Program-made: the position numbers and the translations under genes
Shown here: positions 44,423-54,889 of the stretch, in pieces
Layout: every line of letters starts with the position of its first letter
How positions within the stretch are numbered: the first letter of the stretch is position 1
DNA from: Candidatus Omnitrophota bacterium
GTDB taxonomy: Bacteria > Omnitrophota > Gorgyraeia > B26-G9
Assembly: GCA_018813905.1 (NCBI GenBank)
Contig: JAHJAO010000005.1
Coordinates: forward strand, 1-60,187
DNA length: 60,187 nucleotides
Direction of reading: 5' to 3'
The notes under the pieces: generated by a model
What the model saw: the letters and a program-made list of their open reading frames with translations, nothing else
Told to the model about the DNA's origin: nothing
Database searches by the model: none

Positions 44423-44643
44423 TTAACCCAAACAGTTTCGGCAAAATTTTTATCATGATGGGCTGCGTATTTATCTTTTTTGGTTTAATCTTTTTAATTT
44501 TACCAAAAGCGCATAGGCTGGGGCATTTACCCGGGGATATCTATATTCAGAAGAAGAATTTTATTTTTTATTTTCCGCTCGCGAGCGCTATCCTTATAAG
44601 CAGCATAATTTCTTTTTTAATTTGGATTTTTTTAAAAAAGTGA
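44419..44643 (+). CDS. DUF2905 small membrane protein
   Basis: It is 74 aa with the …LGHLPGDIYIQKKNFIFYFPLAS… signature. An ATGA overlap joins it to queH. Confidence 0.8.
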   Translation: MINPNSFGKIFIMMGCVFIFFGLIFLILPKAHRLGHLPGDIYIQKKNFIFYFPLASAILISSIISFLIWIFLKK

Positions 44644-45680
44644 ATATAAAAGAATTTGAATATAATCTCCCTAAAGAGTTAATCGCACAGTTTCCCGCCG
44701 CGTGCCGCGAGCAATCGCGGCTTTTGGTCATCGATCGTAAGCACGGCCGAATCCGGCATGCGCTTTTTAAGGATATTGCGGAATTCTTAAAAAACTTCGA
44801 CGCCATTGTTTTAAATGACGCAAAGGTGCGGCCGGTAAAATTGTATGGAGTGCTTAACGGCAAAGAAACCGATGTTTTGCTTGTGCAGCGTATTGGGCGG
44901 AACGAGTATTTATTTAAAGCAAAACCTTATAAAAAATTTAAGCCGGGTACGCGGGTTAGCTTTGGCCCGGATAAGTTAACCGCATTGTGCAAAGAGCGGG
45001 ATATCGCGAATCAATCGAAAAAAATACTTCAATTCCAAACGAACGTAGACGTTGAAAGCATTCTTGAAAATATCGGATTTATGCCTCTGCCGCCTTATAT
45101 AAAAAGGTCGCCGCAAGCGGCCGATAATACCCAGTATCAGACCGTTTATGCGCGATGTCCCGGCGCGATCGCCAGCCCGACAGCCGGGTTACATTTTACC
45201 GAGGGAATTCTTGGAAAATTAAAGGAAAAAGGAGTAAAAATCATCTTCGTAACTTTGCATGTGGGGCTGGGGACATTTGAACCGGTGCGCAGCGAAAATA
45301 TCCGCCGGCATAAAATACACGAAGAAAATTTTGCGCTCACAAAAGAGGCCGCGCGGGAAATAGAGCAAACCAAAGCTGCCGGCGGAAGGATTTGTGCCGT
45401 GGGGACCACGAGTTGCCGGGTTTTGGAGAGTTGTGCTGAACATTATGGTGGAAATTTTAAAATGAATGCCCAGTCAGCGAATACGGACCTGTTTATTTAT
45501 CCGCCGTATAATTTTAAGGCAACCGATATGCTGCTTACTAATTTTCATCTGCCGCGGACAACGCTTTTGATGTTGGTTTGCGCTTTTGCCGGAAGCAGGT
45601 TATGTTTTAAGGCATATCGGGAGGCGGTAAAGAATAAGTACCGGTTTTACAGTTATGGCGATTGTATGCTGATTATATGA
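44622..45680 (+). CDS. queA: S-adenosylmethionine:tRNA ribosyltransferase-isomerase
   Basis: It has EFEYNLPKELIAQFP…, …MPLPPYIKR… and …TNFHLPRTTLLMLV…. An alternative start is GTG 44640. Confidence 0.92.
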   Translation: MDFFKKVNIKEFEYNLPKELIAQFPAACREQSRLLVIDRKHGRIRHALFKDIAEFLKNFDAIVLNDAKVRPVKLYGVLNGKETDVLLVQRIGRNEYLFKAKPYKKFKPGTRVSFGPDKLTALCKERDIANQSKKILQFQTNVDVESILENIGFMPLPPYIKRSPQAADNTQYQTVYARCPGAIASPTAGLHFTEGILGKLKEKGVKIIFVTLHVGLGTFEPVRSENIRRHKIHEENFALTKEAAREIEQTKAAGGRICAVGTTSCRVLESCAEHYGGNFKMNAQSANTDLFIYPPYNFKATDMLLTNFHLPRTTLLMLVCAFAGSRLCFKAYREAVKNKYRFYSYGDCMLII

Positions 45681-46811
<1,131 letters not shown>

Positions 46812-46907
46812 ATATGAGCTTTAAATTTAACATAAATATAGATAAAAGGAAAAAAATATTATATACTATTTACAATTAAAAATTAACGGAAGAATTAGGA
46901 GGTAAAT

Positions 46908-47234
46908 ATGTATTTATTAACTTTAGCATTTGCCCAATCGCAAACACCAGGGGCAGCTCCGGCAGGGGGAGCTAACTTTTTGGTATTATTCCCGATGTAT
47001 CTGCTTATATTTTTAGTTTTCTATTTTTTTCTGATCCGGCCGCAGCAAAAACGCGAACAGGAAAAACAGAGTATGATTTCTCAATTAAAAAAGAATGACG
47101 AAGTAATAACCTCGGGTGGAATCCATGGCACCGTAGTTAACGTGAAAGAAAAGACATTAGTCTTGCGCGTGGATGATAACGTAAAAATGGAAGTAGAGCA
47201 AAGCGCGGTGGCTGTTTTAAAAAAAGCGAGATAG
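46908..47234 (+). CDS. yajC: Preprotein translocase subunit YajC
   Basis: RBS AGGAGG. The RPQQKR motif follows a single TM helix. It shows tgt-yajC-secDF synteny. Confidence 0.9.
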   Translation: MYLLTLAFAQSQTPGAAPAGGANFLVLFPMYLLIFLVFYFFLIRPQQKREQEKQSMISQLKKNDEVITSGGIHGTVVNVKEKTLVLRVDDNVKMEVEQSAVAVLKKAR

Positions 47235-47262
47235 TTTTAACCTTAAAGAGTTTTTTGGGAGG

Positions 47263-49443
47263 ATGAGTATGCTGGCCAATCTGAAATTGAAATTACTGTT
47301 TATTATCGGTCTGGTAATATTGTGTATTTGGATAATCTATCCGTTAAATGAAAAAATAAATTTGGGATTGGATTTACAGGGGGGAATTTTTCTTACCTTA
47401 AGAGTGGATACGTCAAAGATGCCGGCAAATATTTCGGATGCCGTTCGCGCGGATGCGGTGGATAAAAGCATCGAGATTATTCGCAAAAGGATAGACCAGT
47501 TCGGGGTCAAAGAACCGTCAATTTCCAAACAGGGCAAAGACCGGATTATCGTGGAGCTGCCTGGAGTTACGGATCGTACTCGTGCGTTACAGCTTATCGG
47601 CCGTACCGCGTTACTCGAATTTAAGCTGGTTTCGGATGATGAGGAATTGATTAATGAAGCAACAGCCGCAGATGTGCCGGTCGGATACGAACTGAAATAT
47701 GACAATGAAGAGCGGCCGCTGCTTTTAGAGGAGAATTACGTTTTAACCGGCGAGAGTTTAGCGGATGCGGTAATGGGCCGGGACCAGTATGGCCGGCCGA
47801 GTGTCAAACTGGAATTTACGCCTAAGGGAGCGAGAAAATTTGAAAATATTACCGGAGCGAATGTTAACCGCCGGCTGGCCATTGTCTTAGACGGACAGGT
47901 TTATTCGGCTCCGACTATCCGGGAACAGATTTCGGGAGGGAACGCGGAAATCACCGGAAGTTTCAGCGTAGATGAAGCCAAAGACCTGTCGACGGTATTA
48001 AGGACCGGCGCGTTGCCGGCACCGATTGTAATCGAAGAAGAACGCACAGTCGGGCCAAGACTGGGCGCGGATTCTATTAAAAATGGAATTAATGCCACGC
48101 TGATCGGCGGTATCACGGTAATTATTTTTATGGCCGTATATTATTTTATCGGCGGGATTTTGGCAAACATCGCCCTTATTTTAAATGTTTTGTTTATAAT
48201 CGCGGCACTGGTAATTCTTAAGGCTACATTGACTTTGCCGGGAATCGCGGGAATCGGTTTGACCATTGGAATGGCGGTGGATGCCAATGTGCTTATTAAT
48301 GAACGTATCCGGGAAGAATTGAAACTGGGCAAATCAATACGTACGGCTATCGGTAACGGTTATGGCCGGGCGTTCCCGGCTATTTTAGATTCGAATATTA
48401 CTACAATAATTGCGGCGATTCTTCTGGTTTGGTTCGGTTCGGGGCCGGTACGCGGATTTGGTCTGACTTTAATTATTGGTCTTACGGCAAGTATGTTTAC
48501 GGCAATTGTAGTCACGCGTTTATTTTTAGATCTTTTGACGTTAAAATGGAAAAATATTCCCCTTAAGATGCTGCAGCTCATTCCGCAAACCAAGATAGAT
48601 TTTATTAAGATCCGCGGTTTTTTCTATACCTTATCTATAATCGTAATCGTGGCGGGTCTGTTTCTTTTTGTTAATAAAAAAGAGGCCAGTTTTGGGATAG
48701 ATTTTACTGGAGGAACGTTGCAGGAATTTAAATTCGAAAAGGCGATTGAAGTGGATTCGTTGCGTAATTCATTGACCGAGGTGGGGCTTGCGGATGTGAT
48801 TATTCAGCATGATAAAGAAGACCCGTCGATAATCTTGATAAAAAGCGAACAGAACTATGCGGATAAAATTATCGACCAGTTTGCCAAAAGTTTTCCGGAA
48901 AATCGTGCAGAAATCTTAAGTATCGAAAGCGTCGGTCCGGTGGTCGGAAAATTATTGAAGAAAAATGCGGCTTTAGCGTTATCTTTTGCCCTCTTGAGCA
49001 TTTGTATATATATCTGGATTAGATTCCGGGATTTTACTTACGGCTTGGCCGGAGTCGTGTCTTTGTTCCATGATGTGCTGGTCGCCATTGCCTTCTGCGC
49101 GCTTACAAACCGCCCCGTGGACCTGCTTATTGTTACGGCGTTTATGACCGTAGCCGGTTATTCCATAAATGATACCATTGTTACCTATGACCGTATCCGG
49201 GAAAACTTGAGGTTGTTGCGTAAAACGACATTTCGTGATGTCATCAATTTAAGCATAAATCAGACCTTGGGCCGGACAATCTGGACATCGGTCACTACGA
49301 TTGCGGTAGTTTTAGCCATATTTTTACTTGGCGGTAAAGTATTGCACAATTTTGCTTATGTTTTGCTTGTTGGATTTGTCAGCGGCGTATACTCGACCGT
49401 TTTTATCGCCAGCCCGCTGATCTATGCTTGGGAAAAGAAATAA
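47263..49443 (+). CDS. secDF: Fused protein-export membrane protein SecDF
   Basis: It is 726 aa. The SecD part has LGLDLQGG, a periplasmic P1 head and 6 TM helices. The SecF part has …GIDFTGGT… and 6 TM helices. Confidence 0.92.
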   Translation: MSMLANLKLKLLFIIGLVILCIWIIYPLNEKINLGLDLQGGIFLTLRVDTSKMPANISDAVRADAVDKSIEIIRKRIDQFGVKEPSISKQGKDRIIVELPGVTDRTRALQLIGRTALLEFKLVSDDEELINEATAADVPVGYELKYDNEERPLLLEENYVLTGESLADAVMGRDQYGRPSVKLEFTPKGARKFENITGANVNRRLAIVLDGQVYSAPTIREQISGGNAEITGSFSVDEAKDLSTVLRTGALPAPIVIEEERTVGPRLGADSIKNGINATLIGGITVIIFMAVYYFIGGILANIALILNVLFIIAALVILKATLTLPGIAGIGLTIGMAVDANVLINERIREELKLGKSIRTAIGNGYGRAFPAILDSNITTIIAAILLVWFGSGPVRGFGLTLIIGLTASMFTAIVVTRLFLDLLTLKWKNIPLKMLQLIPQTKIDFIKIRGFFYTLSIIVIVAGLFLFVNKKEASFGIDFTGGTLQEFKFEKAIEVDSLRNSLTEVGLADVIIQHDKEDPSIILIKSEQNYADKIIDQFAKSFPENRAEILSIESVGPVVGKLLKKNAALALSFALLSICIYIWIRFRDFTYGLAGVVSLFHDVLVAIAFCALTNRPVDLLIVTAFMTVAGYSINDTIVTYDRIRENLRLLRKTTFRDVINLSINQTLGRTIWTSVTTIAVVLAIFLLGGKVLHNFAYVLLVGFVSGVYSTVFIASPLIYAWEKK

Positions 49444-49519
49444 AACTTTGTTTCAGAAGCGGAAGCGCGGAGTCAACTTTTGCTATGCCCAGAAGAATTA
49501 AGTTGACGGAGCAGTAGTT

Positions 49520-50167
49520 ATGTATATCATAATTATCGGTTGCGGCCGGGTAGGCAGTGAACTGGCTAAAATCTTATCCGACGATTTGCATGATGTCGTA
49601 ATAATCGATAAACAGCAGAGTGCTTTTCGCCGTTTGGGGGATAAATTTAACGGGTTGACCCTTTGCGGCAATGGCTGCAATTCGCAAATGCTTAAAACCG
49701 CAGGAATAGATAAATGCGATATTTTATGCGCGCTCACCAACGGCGATAATACCAATCTTATGGCCGCTCAACTCGCCAAAGATATTTTTAAAGTTAAGCG
49801 TGTTTTTGCGCGGGTGTATGATCCGCAACGGGCGCAGATTTATCGAAGTTTCGGATTGGAGATTATTAGCGGCACAATGCTTATCGCCTTGATGATCAAA
49901 GATAAGATTATGGATTCCCGCTTTACGTCCAGCCTGATTGATATCGGAGATTTAGTCTTTGTCCGGATAAAAATAGACGATAGTCGATTTACGGGCAAAC
50001 CGGTCCGGGATGTAAATATCAAATGTGAATTTTCTATAATTTCGATTATAAGAGGGGAAAACAGTATCCTGCCGGATGCGGAAACCATTCTGGAATGCAA
50101 TGATATTGCGCTTGGCCTGGTAAAACGAAATAGCTTGGACCGGGTTAAGAAAAGATTTAAACTTTAA
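49520..50167 (+). CDS. trkA: K+ uptake regulatory subunit (TrkA/KtrA-type RCK: TrkA-N plus TrkA-C)
   Basis: MYIIIIGCGRVGSELA forms a Rossmann motif. It is 215 aa with a C-terminal TrkA-C domain. Confidence 0.88.
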   Translation: MYIIIIGCGRVGSELAKILSDDLHDVVIIDKQQSAFRRLGDKFNGLTLCGNGCNSQMLKTAGIDKCDILCALTNGDNTNLMAAQLAKDIFKVKRVFARVYDPQRAQIYRSFGLEIISGTMLIALMIKDKIMDSRFTSSLIDIGDLVFVRIKIDDSRFTGKPVRDVNIKCEFSIISIIRGENSILPDAETILECNDIALGLVKRNSLDRVKKRFKL

Positions 50168-50183
50168 AAGTTAGGGCTGAAAA

Positions 50184-50852
50184 ATGCATATATTGATAGT
50201 CGGCGGCGGTAAAGTCGGATATCATCTGGCAAAACGCCTGAGAACGCATAAGCATGTTTTAAGTTTGATTGAAAAAAACGAAGCTATTTGTCATGAGATC
50301 GCGCGGGATCTGGATATTTTAGTTATTCATGGGGATGGATGCGACCAGAAGACACTGGAAGAGGCGGATATCCGGCATTGCGATGTGGTGGTCGCTTTGA
50401 CCGGTGATGACGAAGACAATCTGATTATCTGTCAGCTCGCCAAAAGAGTTTATCGGGTTTTGCGTACGGTTGCCCGGGTGAACGATTCGGATAACGAACA
50501 TTGTTTCAGCGAGCTGGGAGTGGATGTTCCCGTAGATTCTACGGAGATAATTGCCCGGATAATCGAAGAGGAAGTCTCTTTTTCGGATCTGGTAAATTTA
50601 ATGACGTTTAAACGGGGCAAACTCTCTATCGTCCGCGTGGATCTGGACCGTAATTCGCCTGTGGTTAATAAATCGGTAAAGGACATCCGCTTGCCGCCCA
50701 ATTCGGTTTTGGTTTCTATCATTCGCGGAGAAGCGGTTATTGTCCCTCAGGGGGATACGATTTTACAGGAGCGCGATGATATTATTGCGCTGACTTTAAT
50801 AGAAAACGAACAGCAGCTATTGGAAAGCCTGGTGGGCAAGATAAAGGGGTAA
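50184..50852 (+). CDS. trkA: Second K+ uptake regulatory subunit (TrkA/KtrA-type RCK)
   Basis: It has MHILIVGGGKVGYHLA and is 222 aa. It is a paralog of the preceding gene. Confidence 0.88.
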   Translation: MHILIVGGGKVGYHLAKRLRTHKHVLSLIEKNEAICHEIARDLDILVIHGDGCDQKTLEEADIRHCDVVVALTGDDEDNLIICQLAKRVYRVLRTVARVNDSDNEHCFSELGVDVPVDSTEIIARIIEEEVSFSDLVNLMTFKRGKLSIVRVDLDRNSPVVNKSVKDIRLPPNSVLVSIIRGEAVIVPQGDTILQERDDIIALTLIENEQQLLESLVGKIKG

Positions 50853-50990
50853 GACGATCAAGCCGGTATATCTTAGAAATTCAATTAATTTAATATTGGC
50901 GGTTTTGCTTGAGATTGGGTTTGCCGCTGGGATCATTTTTGTTTGTTGTGTTATTACGGTATTTTTGGGGTAGTTAATTTTTTTTAGGCA

Positions 50991-52496
50991 ATGATTCTCG
51001 TTAAGTCACGCGTTCAAGACGTTAAAATAATTTTTTATTATTTGGGAAAGTTAACTGTTGCCATTGGATATTTTATGCTTATTCCAATGGCTTTGTCATT
51101 TTTTTTGGGCGAATACACTGTTGTTTTGGATTTTATTATCGGTTTTGCCGTATCGTTAATTTTAGGATATAGTCTGCTGGTCATTTGCAAAAGCAGCGAA
51201 AGTTTAAATTGGACTCAAGGTATGGTCGTCGTCGCCTTGATCTGGCTTATCGCCGCTTTCTTGGCGGCGATACCGCTGTTTTTCAGCGGCCATTTCCGCA
51301 CGTTTCTAGACGCCTATTTTGACGCGATGAGCGGATTCGCGACTACGGGACTCAGCGTAATTGAAGATTTAGATCATCTATCTTTCGGTCATAATCTTTG
51401 GCGGCATTTGATTATGTTTATGGGCGGGCAGGGCATTGTGGTTTTCGCGTTGAGTTTTTTTGCCAGCGGCGCCTCCGCCGCATTCAGGCTTTATATCGGA
51501 GAAGCGCGGGATGAACAGCTTCTGCCTAATGTCATAAACACCGCCCGATTTATCTGGTCTTTAAGTATTATCTACTTTATTATCGGCAGTTCTGTTTTAG
51601 CTTTTATCGGGATGCATTCGGGTATGCCGGTTTTTAATAGTATTTTTGACGGGGCATGTATTTTTATGGCCGCTTTTGATACAGGGGGCTTTACACCGCA
51701 TTCGCAAAGCATACTTTATTACCATAACAGCTTATTTGAATTAACTACCGTGGTAATCATGATTTTAGGGGCGTTGAATTTCAAATTGCATTATGAGATC
51801 TGGCATGGCAACCGGAAAGAACTTAGGAAAAATATCGAGGTCATCGCGTTTCTTATCAGCCTGGTATTGGTATTTACCGCGGTATGCTATTATTTAAAAC
51901 ACGCCGGTGTTTACAGCTCGAAACTTTCATTATTTTTTAAGAGTTTCTATCAGGTTATTTCCGCCCATACCGGTACGGGTTTCCAGACGATTGATCCCGA
52001 GATGTTAAGACGGGAGTGGAGCGATTTCGGATTATTGGCGCTTCTGGTGGCGATGGGGTTCGGCGGCGGAATTTGTTCGACGACCGGCGGGATTAAGATG
52101 CTGCGGGTAGGAATAATTTTTAAAGGGGTGTTGCAGGATATAAATAGATTTTTATTGCCGCCGTCCTGTGTTTTAGTGCAAAAGATTCATCATGTGCGGG
52201 ATATCGTATTGGAAGAGAAAATGGTGCGGACAGCTTTTGTGATAACGTTTGCTTTTATCGTTCTTTACATTCTGGGCGCTATCGTGGCTACTTTTTTAGG
52301 TTATCCGATGCTTGCCGCTTTATTCGAATCGACGTCCGCAGCCGCCAATGTCGGGCTTTCCTGCGGCATTACCGATGCGGCAATGCCCGCGCTGTTAAAA
52401 GTTACTTATATATTGCAGATGTGGGCCGGGCGGCTTGAATTTATTTCCGTATTTATTTTGTTGGGCTTTATTATTGCATTCATTAAGGGAAAATGA
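50991..52496 (+). CDS. trkH: K+ transporter membrane subunit, TrkH/KtrB family
   Basis: It is 501 aa and polytopic, with repeated M1-P-M2 units and selectivity-filter-like Gly motifs (…ATTGLS…, …DTGGFT…, …HTGTGFQ…, …ANVGLS…). Confidence 0.9.
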   Translation: MILVKSRVQDVKIIFYYLGKLTVAIGYFMLIPMALSFFLGEYTVVLDFIIGFAVSLILGYSLLVICKSSESLNWTQGMVVVALIWLIAAFLAAIPLFFSGHFRTFLDAYFDAMSGFATTGLSVIEDLDHLSFGHNLWRHLIMFMGGQGIVVFALSFFASGASAAFRLYIGEARDEQLLPNVINTARFIWSLSIIYFIIGSSVLAFIGMHSGMPVFNSIFDGACIFMAAFDTGGFTPHSQSILYYHNSLFELTTVVIMILGALNFKLHYEIWHGNRKELRKNIEVIAFLISLVLVFTAVCYYLKHAGVYSSKLSLFFKSFYQVISAHTGTGFQTIDPEMLRREWSDFGLLALLVAMGFGGGICSTTGGIKMLRVGIIFKGVLQDINRFLLPPSCVLVQKIHHVRDIVLEEKMVRTAFVITFAFIVLYILGAIVATFLGYPMLAALFESTSAAANVGLSCGITDAAMPALLKVTYILQMWAGRLEFISVFILLGFIIAFIKGK

Positions 52497-52981
52497 TAAA
52501 GTATTTAACACCAGTTACAATTTGTATCCTGATAATTTTAACAACCACTTGCGGCTACAGCTCTAGCGATGTGTCTACGGCTGATTTAATCAAAGAGTCG
52601 GCGTTCTGGGACGGCCAAATAGTTGTGATTTCCGGGGAAGCGGTGGGTGTTCCGATTAAACTTGAAAGGAATGTCTGGTTAAATATATATGACGGCAAAA
52701 GGGCAATCGGAGTCTTTTGCTCTAAAAACGCGGTCCAGTCGCTTAACTTCGGCGATTATAACTATACGGGAGACGTGCTTGAAGTCACGGGAAAATTCAA
52801 CGCGCATTGTCCCGAGCACCGGGGAGAGATGGATATGCATGCGGAATCGATAAAAATAACCAGCTGCGGCTGGCGGCGCACTCATCGGCCCGCGGCAGCG
52901 AAAGTAAAATTGGCGATTATTTGTTTAGTCGCGGCGTTCGTGAATGGATGCGTTCTGTTTTTTAAAAATACCAAACGATGA
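52493..52981 (+). CDS. Hypothetical lipoprotein-like protein with a C-terminal TM anchor
   Basis: ATGA overlaps occur at both ends (with trkH and rnfE). It has an N-terminal signal with Cys (ILTTTCGYSS), a central beta-rich segment of about 100 aa (possibly an OB-like fold), a Cys/His patch (AHCPEHRGEMDMH) and a hydrophobic C-terminus. Confidence 0.55.
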   Translation: MIKYLTPVTICILIILTTTCGYSSSDVSTADLIKESAFWDGQIVVISGEAVGVPIKLERNVWLNIYDGKRAIGVFCSKNAVQSLNFGDYNYTGDVLEVTGKFNAHCPEHRGEMDMHAESIKITSCGWRRTHRPAAAKVKLAIICLVAAFVNGCVLFFKNTKR

Positions 52982-53604
52982 AAAATAACCTGGCTTGTTT
53001 TAAATCATGTTTTAACCGGGGAATTTGCGCGGAAAATCCTACGTTTAGGCTTATGCTTGGCCTGTGCCCGACGCTGGCGGTTACGGTGACCTTGGAAAAC
53101 GGTCTGGCAATGGGGCTAGCCGCTACGTTTGTCCTGATTGGCTCGAATATTATTATTTCGCTGATTAGAAATTTTGTGCCCAGTGAAGTACGAATTCCTT
53201 GTTATATTTTGGTGATTGCCACATTTGTGACTATCGTGAAGCTTGTTTTACAGGCGTATTTTCCGCTTTTATACGCAAAGCTGGGGCTGTTTGTGGATAT
53301 CATGGTGGTTAATTGTATTATTCTTGGCCGGGCCGAAGCGTTTGCGTCCAAAAATCAGGTTTTTCTTTCTATCGCGGATGCGTTCGGCATGGGTATTGGT
53401 TTTACGTTGGCCACAGGAGCTATCGGCGCGATCCGGGAAATTATCGGCTCAGGAAAATTATTAGGCATACCTTTAGGCGCTGGCTATTTTACGCCGGCGC
53501 TAATAATGATTTTGCCGCCGGGAGCGTTTTTGACTATCGGGCTGATTATGGCATTTCTAAATAAAATGCAGGCGTTAAGTTGCGCCAGGCAAAAAGCGAA
53601 TTAG
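52978..53604 (+). CDS. rnfE: RnfE/NqrD-family membrane subunit
   Basis: It has …ENPTFRLMLGLCPTLAVT… and …VVNCIILGRAE…. It is 208 aa with 6 TM helices, and both family-conserved Cys residues are present. Confidence 0.88.
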   Translation: MKNNLACFKSCFNRGICAENPTFRLMLGLCPTLAVTVTLENGLAMGLAATFVLIGSNIIISLIRNFVPSEVRIPCYILVIATFVTIVKLVLQAYFPLLYAKLGLFVDIMVVNCIILGRAEAFASKNQVFLSIADAFGMGIGFTLATGAIGAIREIIGSGKLLGIPLGAGYFTPALIMILPPGAFLTIGLIMAFLNKMQALSCARQKAN

Positions 53605-53613
53605 GTATTTTAT

Positions 53614-54210
53614 ATGCAGATTGATTTTTCAAAGATTTTTGCGATTGTAATCGCGTCGATTTTTGTAAATAATTTTGTTTTGGCGAGATTCTTGGGGCTT
53701 TGTCCGTTTATCGGAATTTCCCGCAAACTAGACGTAGCGCTCGGTATGGGCATATCGATGACTTTTGTAGTAACGATGTCATCGATTATTACCTGGCCAA
53801 TATACCACTATATTCTACTGCCTTATAATTTAGGGTATCTTAGTATCATTATATTTATTTTGGTTATTGCTTGTTTTGTCCAAGTCGTGGAAATATTTGT
53901 GCGCAAATTCAACCCGATACTCTATAAGGCCCTGGGGATTTATCTGCCGCTCATTACCTGTAACTGTGTGGTTTTGTTTGTGACGCTGCTTAACGCTCAG
54001 GATCGGCTGAGTTTTGCCGAAAGCACTGTCCAGGGGTTTAGCGCCGGAGTCGGCTTTGCTGTGGCTTTGGTTTTGATGACTAGTATCCGGGAAAGGTTGG
54101 ACACAGCCGACCTGCCCAAAAGCATTACCGGCGCACCAATTGCGTTTATCGTTGCGGCGCTTATGTCTTTGGCTTTTTTAGGTTTTAGCGGTTTAAATTT
54201 AATAAGATGA
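53614..54210 (+). CDS. rnfA: RnfA/NqrE-family membrane subunit
   Basis: It has …NNFVLARFLGLCPFIGIS… and …PLITCNCVVL…. It is 198 aa with 6 TM helices, and both conserved Cys residues are present. Confidence 0.88.
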   Translation: MQIDFSKIFAIVIASIFVNNFVLARFLGLCPFIGISRKLDVALGMGISMTFVVTMSSIITWPIYHYILLPYNLGYLSIIIFILVIACFVQVVEIFVRKFNPILYKALGIYLPLITCNCVVLFVTLLNAQDRLSFAESTVQGFSAGVGFAVALVLMTSIRERLDTADLPKSITGAPIAFIVAALMSLAFLGFSGLNLIR

Positions 54211-54860
54211 AAAACATGAAATCGCATCTGCGCAGATATTTTATAACGGGTATTGTTGTGCTTTTGCCGGTGTTTATTACCATCAATGTCCTCGTAGCTG
54301 TTGTCCGGTTTCTAGATAACCTGCTTGGCCGGTATTTAAATCCGTATTTTGTGAAAATTTTCGGTAATCCCTTTTTCGGCGTCGGCATCTTGGCCAGCCT
54401 GATTTTGATTATCATAACCGGCATTTTAACGACAAATGTGTTTATTAAGAAAATAATGCCTTATTTTGAAAGGTTATTTTTGCGTATTCCGCTTGTGTGC
54501 CAGATATACCCGTCCGTTAAACAGCTGGTTAAATTCCTGTTTTCGGAAAATAGGATTGCCTTTAAAAAGGTTGTGCTTTTTGAATATCCGCGAAGAAATG
54601 TTTATACCCTGGGCTTTGTCACCAACGAGTTCGATATCTGCTTGGACAAAAACGAGAAAACAAGGGGCGTTTGTATCTATATCTCTTCTGCGCCTAATCC
54701 GATAACCGGATTTTTTGTTATCGTGCCGAAGGCCGAAGTTACTTTTTTGGACATGTCCATAGAAGAAGCGGTTAAAATAATCATCTCCGGCGGGGTTTTG
54801 ATGAGCGAAGAATTAATTAACAAAAAAATCAAAGAAAACGGGGACAATCTAATCCGGTAA
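54207..54860 (+). CDS. DUF502 family membrane protein
   Basis: It has …YFITGIVVLLPVFITINVL… and the …P.P.tGf..iVP… pattern (APNPITGFFVIVP). An ATGA overlap joins it to rnfA. Confidence 0.8.
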   Translation: MKNMKSHLRRYFITGIVVLLPVFITINVLVAVVRFLDNLLGRYLNPYFVKIFGNPFFGVGILASLILIIITGILTTNVFIKKIMPYFERLFLRIPLVCQIYPSVKQLVKFLFSENRIAFKKVVLFEYPRRNVYTLGFVTNEFDICLDKNEKTRGVCIYISSAPNPITGFFVIVPKAEVTFLDMSIEEAVKIIISGGVLMSEELINKKIKENGDNLIR

Positions 54861-54889
54861 AAACAAATTTTTAGCGGCAGGAAACAATA

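Noticed and set aside
50896-50973. A 25-codon very hydrophobic frame (LAVLLEIGFAAGIIFVCCVITVFLG*) in the 138-nt gap before trkH, reminiscent of KdpF-type mini-subunits.
   Set aside because: Only a TTG start is available, with no RBS. It is too short and compositionally trivial (T-rich DNA) to support without expression or conservation data.
53243-53564. Two same-strand alternative-frame ORFs inside rnfE (53243-53464 and 53313-53564). Similar cases are 12607-12801, 15543-15803, 26520-26702 and 56024-56260.
   Set aside because: They are out-of-frame overlaps within genes whose main frame has clear family signatures. Their products are Arg/Gly-rich frame artefacts.
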